IMG/VR virus record: IMGVR_UViG_2675903600_000008
Reading direction: 5' to 3' (one strand)
Length of the DNA: 5,138 nucleotides
Source of the DNA: a virus
Lineage: Duplodnaviria; Heunggongvirae; Uroviricota; Caudoviricetes
The position numbers and the translations under genes were made by a program. A model generated the notes under the pieces. The model saw only the letters and a program-made list of their open reading frames with translations, had not been told where the DNA came from and ran no database searches. Shown in pieces: positions 1 through 5,138 of this stretch (position 1 is the stretch's first letter; the number at the start of each line of letters is the position of its first letter).

Positions 1-39
1 CGCAGACGATGACGTCACTGCCCGGCTGTATGCGCGAGG

Positions 40-315
40 TTACCGACTGCGGCCTGAGTTTTTTAAGTGACGTAAAATCGTGTTGAGGCCAACGCCCATA
101 ATGCGTGCAGTGGCCCGGCATCCAACGCCATTCATGGCCATATCAATGATTTTCTGGTGCGTACCGGGTTGAGAAGCGGTGTAAGTGAACTGCAGTTGCC
201 ATGTTTTACGGCAGTGAGAGCAGAGATAGCGCTGATGTCCGGCAGTGCTTTTGCCGTTACGCACCACCCCGTCAGTAGCTGAACAGGAGGGACAGCTGAT
301 AGAAACAGAAGCCAC
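40..315 (-). CDS. insA: IS1 InsA (transposition inhibitor; N-terminal part of the InsAB' transposase)
   Basis: The 91-aa translation [37 protein letters not shown]...LKNSGRSR matches IS1 InsA from memory, including the Cys-rich zinc-finger-like N-terminus. The stop lies just past the A6C slippery site. Confidence 0.95.
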
Positions 316-347
316 TGGAGCACCTCAAAAACACCATCATACACTAA

Positions 348-370
348 ATCAGTAAGTTGGCAGCATCACC
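348..370. repeat. IS1 terminal inverted repeat (insA-side end)
   Basis: Sequence ...agtaagttggcagcatcacc ending at 370 is the reverse complement of GGTGATGCTGCCAACTTACT. The base composition changes abruptly to AT-rich non-IS DNA at 371. Confidence 0.9.
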
Positions 371-449
371 GAAGTGGTAAAGAAGATAATAAAGAATAAT
401 ATTTAGGGTTATAGGTCTTAGCCCATTTTAAATGGAAGGCAGACATGCA

Positions 450-470
450 GCCATGCATACTTCGCATGGC
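450..470 (-). terminator. Hairpin immediately 3' of the membrane-protein ORF (possible terminator or protein-binding palindrome)
   Basis: GCCATGC (450-456), 7-nt loop, GCATGGC (464-470) form a perfect 7-bp stem. It lies 8 nt downstream of the TAA stop at 478-480 on the minus strand. No clean U-tract follows, so terminator function is uncertain. Confidence 0.3.
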
Positions 471-477
471 AACATAA

Positions 478-819
478 TTATTTAGACAAACTATCTAATT
501 TTTGCGTCGCTTTTTGTGTTAGGTCGCTGTAACTGATAAACCCTACGTTAGCACCTACAATTAACACTAAGAACACTAAGCTGCATATGGATAGAGTGGC
601 AGATTTATGCTTATGGAAAACAAAATATGCTACTATTGCACTTAATATGAAGGAAATGAATAGAAATATAGATGTTGATGTTTTTAGATATTTTTCAGGA
701 AATAATGGGTGAGCAATAATGTATACAAGATTAAGTAGTATATAAATTGCTACCGGAATGAAAATCATGCTCCAGTGTGTATCTTTTTTGGGAGGGATTG
801 GCTGCAAATAATCAGACAC
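478..819 (-). CDS. Hypothetical small integral membrane protein (about 3 predicted TM helices), unknown function
   Basis: ORF of 113 aa if started at GTG 817-819, or 96 aa if started at the internal ATG 766-768 (MIFIPV...). Three hydrophobic stretches: IFIPVAIYILLNLVYIIAHPLF, IFLFISFILSAIVAYFVF, LSICSLVFLVLIVGANVGFISY, with a hydrophilic C-terminal tail. Low GC, on the same strand as and 82 bp downstream of the 125-aa ORF. I do not recognise the family. Confidence 0.6.
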   Translation of the reverse strand: MSDYLQPIPPKKDTHWSMIFIPVAIYILLNLVYIIAHPLFPEKYLKTSTSIFLFISFILSAIVAYFVFHKHKSATLSICSLVFLVLIVGANVGFISYSDLTQKATQKLDSLSK

Positions 820-901
820 CGTTTTTCCATCAGTTTCAAGAAGAATTACTAGATCTCTTACTTCACCACTGACTTGAGTGCATCCTTAGTAGTAATGTTA
901 A

Positions 902-1279
902 TCATTTTTTCCCTCCAAATACGATGCCCTCTACGTCTTTGGAAGCTTTTTGTGATGACCACTCCTCTGAATCAGGTGATTTAATTAAAAATATTGTATC
1001 TCCATCAAAAATCGTATTTGTTCCGTAAAAATTCACATTTGATAGATCACCACCAAAAACCCTCTGCCCACTCGAGGTAATTGCCTCACCTAATTTAGTA
1101 AAATTACCAGCAATAGATGATTTTCTTTTTCCACTTCTATTCAAAGTGGCTTTAATTACACCACCACCATCCTTAGAGTTAAATAATTGAATGTCCACTC
1201 CAGCAGTTGGTTGTATATATTTTGAAAGCTCTTTCTTGAACTTGTTAATATATTTATCTTTGTTTTCTTTGTTGGTCAT
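902..1279 (-). CDS. Hypothetical soluble protein (125 aa, Lys-rich N-terminus, Gly-rich C-terminal half), unknown function
   Basis: ATG at 1277-1279, TGA at 902-904. No signal peptide or TM segment visible. AT-rich codon usage unlike the flanking phage genes. A candidate promoter -10 (TATACT on the minus strand, plus coordinates 1316-1321) lies about 35 nt upstream. I do not recognise the family. Confidence 0.6.
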   Translation of the reverse strand: MTNKENKDKYINKFKKELSKYIQPTAGVDIQLFNSKDGGGVIKATLNRSGKRKSSIAGNFTKLGEAITSSGQRVFGGDLSNVNFYGTNTIFDGDTIFLIKSPDSEEWSSQKASKDVEGIVFGGKK

Positions 1280-1451
1280 TGGTTAGATCCATAGTTCTGG
1301 CTGTGATTAGGTGAAAGTATACAAGGTTTTTAAAGCGAAGATCACTGTTTTGGCTTCAAGATAGTTTTGATTTATCGTAATCAATCCGCCATAATCCTCT
1401 CATCGGAGCCTGAACAACTCCGGTGACTTCTGCGCATTTAAGGGGACTTAA

Positions 1452-1547
1452 ATGCGACCACAATCTGAACTCATCACCTTGTCACAGATGCAGAAATGCA
1501 CCTGCGATTTTCTGCATTCTGCGGTTTCCGTTAGGGAGGCCGTATGA
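1452..1547 (+). CDS. Small ORF (31 aa) coupled to ybcN; possibly the YlcH-like micro-protein found upstream of ybcN in DLP12-type prophages
   Basis: ATG 1452-1454 is preceded by AAGGGGA at 1440-1446. Translation is MRPQSELITLSQMQKCTCDFLHSAVSVREAV. Its TGA (1545-1547) overlaps the ybcN ATG (1544-1546) as ATGA. Too short for the ORF track; coding status not proven. Confidence 0.35.
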   Translation: MRPQSELITLSQMQKCTCDFLHSAVSVREAV

Positions 1548-1999
1548 CTCTGCCAGTAGACGGCATCAAACTCCATCGCGGTAACTTCGCGGCCATCGGC
1601 CAGCAGATTCAGCCATTGCTGGATGCCGGGCAATGCTTACGCCTGCAGGTTAAGCCGTGGCGCGAGAAGCGCAGCCTGTCGCAGAACGCGCTCAGCCACA
1701 TGTGGTACACGGAGATCAGCGAATATCTCATCGCCCGCGGCAAGACCTTCGCTACGCCTGAGTGGGTCAAAGACGCGATGAAGCACACCTATCTCGGCTA
1801 CGAAAGCAAAGACCGTGTAGATGTCGTGTCCGGCGAGGTCACCACCGTCCAATCCCTCCGCCATACGTCAGAGCTGGAAACCGGCGAGATGTACATCTTC
1901 CTGTGCAAAGTCGAAGCCTGGGCGATGAATATCGGCTGCCACCTGACAATTCCGCAGAGCTGTGAATACCAGCAGCTGCGCGATAAGCAGGAGGCGTAA
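1544..1999 (+). CDS. ybcN: YbcN / NinB-position protein of lambdoid prophages (151 aa)
   Basis: The 151-aa translation (MTLPVDGIKLHRGNFAAIGQQ...CEYQQLRDKQEA) matches my recollection of E. coli DLP12 YbcN in length and sequence, and it occupies the ninB slot directly upstream of ninE. Strong RBS GGGAGG at 1533-1538. Confidence 0.8.
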   Translation: MTLPVDGIKLHRGNFAAIGQQIQPLLDAGQCLRLQVKPWREKRSLSQNALSHMWYTEISEYLIARGKTFATPEWVKDAMKHTYLGYESKDRVDVVSGEVTTVQSLRHTSELETGEMYIFLCKVEAWAMNIGCHLTIPQSCEYQQLRDKQEA

Positions 2000-2169
2000 T
2001 GGCTACACCGCTTATTCGTGTCATGAACGGGCACATCTACAGAGTATCAAATCGTCGTAAGCGTAAGCCTGAGCTGAAGCCATCCGAAATACCAACACTG
2101 CTCGGATATACCGCTAGCCTGGTTGATAAAAAATGGTTGCGACTGGCAGCAAGGAGGAATCATGGCTGA
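1999..2169 (+). CDS. ninE: NinE family protein (56 aa)
   Basis: ATG at 1999-2001 overlaps the ybcN stop (TAATG). Translation [56 protein letters not shown] matches recalled lambdoid NinE. Below the ORF-track length cut-off, so I translated it by hand. Confidence 0.85.
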   Translation: MATPLIRVMNGHIYRVSNRRKRKPELKPSEIPTLLGYTASLVDKKWLRLAARRNHG

Positions 2170-2452
2170 TTTGAGAAAAGCAGCGCGTGGTCGGGAATGC
2201 CAGGTAAGAATCCCTGGCGTATGTAATGGCAATCCTGAAACGTCAGTACTGGCACATATCCGGCTGGCTGGATTGTGCGGTACCGGTATCAAACCGCCAG
2301 ACCTGATTGCCACCATTGCATGTTCTGCCTGTCACGACGAAATCGACCGCCGCACATATTTTGTCGATGCTGAGTATGCAAAAGAATGCGCGCTGGAAGG
2401 TATGGCGAGAACGCAGGTTATCTGGCTGAAAGAGGGGGTTATTAAGGCGTGA
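2162..2452 (+). CDS. ybcO: YbcO (DUF1364, putative metal-binding nuclease of lambdoid nin regions), 96 aa
   Basis: The ORF track gives 2123-2452, but the recognisable protein starts at the internal ATG 2162 ([23 protein letters not shown]...), preceded by a consensus RBS AAGGAGG at 2151-2157. Conserved Cys/His pattern (C13, C21, C40, CSACH) is present. It overlaps the ninE stop by 8 nt. Confidence 0.9.
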   Translation: MADLRKAARGRECQVRIPGVCNGNPETSVLAHIRLAGLCGTGIKPPDLIATIACSACHDEIDRRTYFVDAEYAKECALEGMARTQVIWLKEGVIKA

Positions 2453-2811
2453 ATACCTACAGCATCACATTACCCTGGCCTCCGAGCAATAACCGCTATT
2501 ACCGCCATAATCGCGGGCGCACACACATCAGCGCAGAAGGGCAGGCATACCGCGATAACGTCACCCGAATCATTAAAAACGCAATGCTGGATATCGGCCT
2601 GGCTATGCCAGTGAAAATCCGTATTGAGTGCCACATGCCGGATCGCCGTCGCCGTGACCTGGATAATCTGCAAAAAGCCGCTTTTGACGCACTCACCAAA
2701 GCAGGTTTCTGGCTGGATGATGCTCAGGTCGTTGATTACCGCGTTGTGAAGATGCCTGTTACCAAAGGTGGGAGGCTGGAACTGACCATCACCGAAATGG
2801 GGAATGAATGA
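2449..2811 (+). CDS. rusA: RusA Holliday-junction resolvase (120 aa)
   Basis: Translation [37 protein letters not shown]...[11 protein letters not shown] matches E. coli RusA from memory. GTG start at 2449-2451 overlaps the ybcO TGA (GTGA). Confidence 0.95.
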   Translation: MNTYSITLPWPPSNNRYYRHNRGRTHISAEGQAYRDNVTRIIKNAMLDIGLAMPVKIRIECHMPDRRRRDLDNLQKAAFDALTKAGFWLDDAQVVDYRVVKMPVTKGGRLELTITEMGNE

Positions 2812-2948
2812 TGTTTGAGTTTTATATGGCAGAATTTCTTCGCCACCGCTGGGGGCATCTGCGCTTATATCGTTTCCCCGGTTCTGTTTTGACCGATTAC
2901 CGAATACTGAAGAATTACGCCAAAACCCTGACAGGAGCAGGAGTATGA
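2811..2948 (+). CDS. ylcG: YlcG small protein (45 aa)
   Basis: ATG at 2811-2813 overlaps the rusA TGA by 1 nt (TGATG). Hand translation [45 protein letters not shown] matches the small DLP12 ylcG product as I recall it. Confidence 0.8.
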   Translation: MFEFYMAEFLRHRWGHLRLYRFPGSVLTDYRILKNYAKTLTGAGV

Positions 2949-3033
2949 AGTCAGAGATAACAATCAACTAATACTGTTTTGTTGATTTTTGCTTGTAATT
3001 GGCGTTCTGGTCTGATTTTTGTGGAGTAAGTTG

Positions 3034-3417
3034 ATGCGTGATATTCAGATGGTTCTTGAGCGTTGGGGAGCGTGGGCGGCTAATAATCATGAAGATGTGA
3101 CCTGGTCGTCCATTGCCGCCGGTTTTAAGGGATTAATTACTTCAAAAGTAAAATCTCGCCCGCAATGTTGTGACGATGACGCGATGATTATTTGCGGGTG
3201 CATGGCCCGTCTGAAAAAGAACAACAGCGATTTGCACGATTTATTAGTAGATTATTATGTAGTCGGTATGACATTCATGTCACTGGCAGGTAAGCATTGC
3301 TGCTCTGATGGTTATATCGGGAAAAGGTTACAGAAGGCTGAGGGCATAATTGAAGGGATGTTAATGGCATTAGATATCCGGTTAGAGATGGATATCGTTG
3401 TTAATAACTCTAATTAA
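3034..3417 (+). CDS. quuD: Q-family late-gene antiterminator (DLP12 QuuD-like), 127 aa
   Basis: Translation from ATG 3034 ([24 protein letters not shown]...[18 protein letters not shown]...) matches recalled QuuD, with Cys-rich zinc-binding motifs. RBS GGAG at 3023-3026. The ORF-track start at 3019 (TTG) is an upstream extension. Confidence 0.9.
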   Translation: MRDIQMVLERWGAWAANNHEDVTWSSIAAGFKGLITSKVKSRPQCCDDDAMIICGCMARLKKNNSDLHDLLVDYYVVGMTFMSLAGKHCCSDGYIGKRLQKAEGIIEGMLMALDIRLEMDIVVNNSN

Positions 3418-3450
3418 TATGCCAATTGTTTACTAAAAATTATTAAAAAT

Positions 3451-3468
3451 GGGGCGTTGCAACGCCCC
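3451..3468 (-). terminator. Intrinsic terminator hairpin in the convergent quuD/nmpC intergenic region (probable nmpC terminator)
   Basis: GGGGCGTTGCAACGCCCC is a perfect GC-rich palindrome (7-bp stem, 4-nt loop). On the minus strand it is followed by ATTTTTAATAATTTTTAG, a T-tract; on the plus strand it is followed by CAAAAATAAA, which is A-rich and not a U-tract. Confidence 0.6.
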
Positions 3469-3534
3469 CAAAAATAAAGGGTAATATATAACAGAAGGTT
3501 TATATAGTTAGAAGCAAGGTTGTGCTCCTAAAGG

Positions 3535-3590
3535 AAGTGGCTTGAGGGAGCCACTTATATGTTGGGGAGGCAAAGCCTCCCGCAACATAT
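3535..3590. other. Two adjacent stem-loops in the nmpC 3' region
   Basis: Hairpin 1: AAGTGGCT / AGCCACTT (3535-3542 and 3549-3556), 8-bp perfect stem with a 6-nt loop. Hairpin 2: ATATGTTGGGGAGGC / GCCTCCCGCAACATAT (3557-3590), about 15 bp with one bulged C and an AAA loop, followed on the plus strand by CTTTTAG. Function unassigned. Confidence 0.4.
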
Positions 3591-3605
3591 CTTTTAGTAA
3601 TCAAA

Positions 3606-4688
3606 TTAGAACTGGTAAACCATACCTACAGCAACGATATCATCGGTAGCAACGCCAGATGCTTTCGTGAAATCGCTCTTATCAATCAGGTTGATTTTGT
3701 AATCAACAAAAGTGGACATATTTTTGTTGAAGTAATAGGTTGCACCTACATCAATATATTCAACCAGGTCCTGATCACCCCACGCACCCAAGTCTTTTCC
3801 TTTAGATTGCAGGTAAGCAACGGACGGACGCAGACCGAAGTCGAACTGATATTGTGCAACTACTTCGAAGTTTTGTGCTTTGTTGGCAATATGGTTATTA
3901 CCAAAAACAGTCATGTTCTGGGTTTCAGAATAGGTGGTAGCCAGATAGATGTTGTTCGCATCATATTTCAGACCAGCTGCCCATACTTCAGCATTTTGAC
4001 CAGATGCATTCAGGCTGTTGTTACCGTAGATAACCTGATTATTAGTGCGGTCAGATTTAGCATAGGTTGCACCTACACCGAATCCTTCATACTCATAAGT
4101 AGTGGAGAAACCGAAACCATCACCATTAGCTTCAGTTACGTCAGTGCGGTCATTTTTACCCTGATACTGAGCAGCAAAGTTCAGACCATCAACCAGACCA
4201 AAGAAGTCGTTGTTACGATAAGTTGCAACACCAGTGGTGCGACCAGTCATGAACACATCTGTTTGAGTCCAAGTGTCACCACCGAATTCTGGCAGGACGT
4301 CAGTCCACGCACCGATGTCGTATGCTACACCGTAGTTACGGCCGTAATCGATGGAGCCGTAGTCACCGAATTTCAGGCCAGCGAAGGCAAGACGGGTTTT
4401 ATCTTTGGAGGAACCTTGAGATTCAGCGCGGTTGCCTTTGAATTCATATTCCCACTGACCGAAACCAGTCAGTTGATCGTTGATTTGGGTTTCACCTTTG
4501 AAGCCAAGACGGGCATAAGTAGTATCACCATCATCTGCATCATTAGAGGAGAAGTAGTGCTTAGCATTAACTTTCCCGTACAGATCCAGCTTGTTACTGT
4601 CTTTATTATAAATTTCAGCTGCCTGAGCAGACATCGCCATCAGTACTGATGCAGCTACAGCAGAAATTGCCACTGTTAATTTTTTCAT
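3606..4688 (-). CDS. nmpC: Outer-membrane general porin, NmpC/OmpD family (prophage-borne), 360 aa precursor
   Basis: Translation from the internal ATG 4686-4688 gives [23 protein letters not shown]|[16 protein letters not shown]..., a classic signal peptide with an AXA cleavage site and porin N-terminus. It has alternating beta-strand character and the porin C-terminal ...VAVGMVYQF. Sequence matches recalled NmpC/OmpD. The 20-codon N-terminal extension in the ORF track (to 4748) is rejected. Appears uninterrupted within this window. Confidence 0.93.
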   Translation of the reverse strand: MKKLTVAISAVAASVLMAMSAQAAEIYNKDSNKLDLYGKVNAKHYFSSNDADDGDTTYARLGFKGETQINDQLTGFGQWEYEFKGNRAESQGSSKDKTRLAFAGLKFGDYGSIDYGRNYGVAYDIGAWTDVLPEFGGDTWTQTDVFMTGRTTGVATYRNNDFFGLVDGLNFAAQYQGKNDRTDVTEANGDGFGFSTTYEYEGFGVGATYAKSDRTNNQVIYGNNSLNASGQNAEVWAAGLKYDANNIYLATTYSETQNMTVFGNNHIANKAQNFEVVAQYQFDFGLRPSVAYLQSKGKDLGAWGDQDLVEYIDVGATYYFNKNMSTFVDYKINLIDKSDFTKASGVATDDIVAVGMVYQF

Positions 4689-4967
4689 CGTGAGCCCTTT
4701 TTTTGAACTATTATTAAAAAATGATGTCATTGCGCGATAAATATTCATCTAATCAATGTGATTATTTCAAGATGTAAGTTTTGGTTTCTCGTTTGATTTG
4801 TGAAGTAGATCTCTATTTTTATCTGAACTTTTTTCTATCGAATCCTATTCATGGCTCTTGACTGAATAAAAATAAATCTATTAGCCAATTTATATTAACG
4901 GCTGTTATTTATAAGTGCTCTATAATTTGAAGGTTCAATTTAAACCGGCTAAAAATAACACTGGAAA

Positions 4968-4989
4968 TTATTTGTTGGTTATTTGTTGG
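4968..4989. repeat. Perfect tandem direct repeat, 2 x 11 bp (TTATTTGTTGG), with a degenerate third copy nearby
   Basis: TTATTTGTTGG at 4968-4978 is immediately repeated at 4979-4989. A related GTATTTGTAGTGG occurs at 5001-5013. Located about 280 bp upstream of the nmpC start and about 90 bp from the IS1 junction. Confidence 0.5.
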
Positions 4990-5078
4990 GATTTGCTTAT
5001 GTATTTGTAGTGGTGTTTTCAATACTCGGTAGCATTCTCGCAAATATCATTTAGTGGTTTACGTACGTAAAAAATTGG

Positions 5079-5138
5079 GGTAATGACTCCAACTTATTGA
5101 TAGTGTTTTATGTTCAGATAATGCCCGATGACTTTGTC
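5079..5138 (-). mobile_element. IS1 insertion sequence, partial (insB-distal terminal 60 bp; element continues right of the window)
   Basis: GGTAATGACTCCAACTTATTGATAGTGTTTTATGTTCAGATAATGCCCGATGACTTTGTC is the other IS1 terminus (inverted repeat plus the 3' end of the insB frame on the minus strand), from memory. Same orientation as the IS1 at 1-370. Confidence 0.9.

Larger units (their letters stand above)
1..370 (-). mobile_element. IS1 insertion sequence, partial (insA-proximal 370 bp; the rest lies left of the window)
   Basis: Window 1-370 is the reverse complement of the insA-containing end of IS1 as I recall it. It ends at 348-370 with the terminal inverted repeat (revcomp GGTGATGCTGCCAACTTACTGAT), contains intact insA, and has the A6C frameshift motif (revcomp AAAAAAC) at 58-64 where the InsAB' fusion is made. 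The start of the insB' frame runs off the window's left edge. Confidence 0.95.

Noticed and set aside
132-344. 70-aa minus-strand ORF inside IS1
   Set aside because: Alternative frame overlapping insA within IS1. It is not one of the known functional IS1 products (InsA, InsAB').
431-443. Palindrome CCATTTTAAATGG
   Set aside because: Stem with essentially no loop in AT-rich DNA. Too short to distinguish from chance; at most a possible protein-binding site, not reportable as a feature.
1448-2036. Several ORFs (61-78 aa) on either strand overlapping ybcN (1448-1633 -, 1637-1864 -, 1762-1965 +, 1798-2034 -, 1839-2036 -)
   Set aside because: All overlap the confidently identified ybcN in other frames or antisense. 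Translations are Arg/Pro-rich, typical of out-of-frame GC-rich reads, with no RBS support.
2123-2161. N-terminal extension of ybcO from the ORF track (MIKNGCDWQQGGI...)
   Set aside because: The recognisable protein begins at ATG 2162, which has a consensus AAGGAGG Shine-Dalgarno at the correct spacing. The extension would lie inside ninE in another frame.
2047-2967. Minus-strand ORFs 2047-2316 (89 aa), 2470-2967 (165 aa), 2499-2699 (66 aa)
   Set aside because: Antisense to ninE/ybcO/rusA/ylcG, which are all recognised and translationally coupled on the plus strand. No independent signals.
3418-3600. Assignment of a specific Q-dependent late promoter (PR') and qut site
   Set aside because: I could not find a convincing -35/-10 pair with correct spacing on the plus strand, only isolated TATA-like hexamers. 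Calling it would be guesswork without comparison to characterised late promoters.
3807-4649. 280-aa ORF on the plus strand
   Set aside because: Lies entirely antisense to the well-supported nmpC porin gene. Its translation is low-complexity (Val/Thr/Ile/Ser-rich) with no recognisable features and no start-site signals. Typical open antisense frame of a highly expressed gene.
4689-4748. 20-codon N-terminal extension of the porin ORF ([20 protein letters not shown])
   Set aside because: The porin signal peptide starts at the internal Met ([23 protein letters not shown]). The extension is AT-rich upstream sequence and is not part of the recalled NmpC/OmpD precursor.
4921-4926. Perfect TATAAT hexamer on the plus strand as a rightward promoter
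   Set aside because: No acceptable -35 at 16-18 bp spacing and no TGn extended -10. A perfect TATAAT occurring by chance is expected in DNA this AT-rich.
4968-4989. CRISPR array or iteron interpretation of the tandem repeat
   Set aside because: Only two exact 11-bp copies with no spacers. Far too short and too few for CRISPR, and there is no replication-initiator context for iterons.

Overview
This window reads as the nin-to-Q segment of a DLP12-like defective lambdoid prophage from an Escherichia/Shigella-type genome, bracketed at both window edges by partial IS1 copies in the same orientation. Left to right: the insA-proximal 370 bp of one IS1 (minus strand, insA intact); a roughly 1 kb AT-rich block (about 371-1380) with two minus-strand ORFs of unknown function, a 125-aa hydrophilic protein and a small protein of up to 113 aa with about three transmembrane segments; then a tightly coupled plus-strand phage operon (31-aa small ORF, ybcN, ninE, ybcO, rusA, ylcG, quuD); a convergent intact NmpC/OmpD-family porin gene on the minus strand with a cluster of hairpins between it and quuD; an AT-rich porin upstream region containing an 11-bp tandem repeat; and the first 60 bp of a second IS1. 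The most interesting candidate is the AT-rich two-gene module between IS1 and ybcN, which I do not recognise and which sits at the variable locus where lambdoid phages carry accessory or exclusion genes. All identifications are from reading the sequence and from recalled protein sequences; no database search was run.
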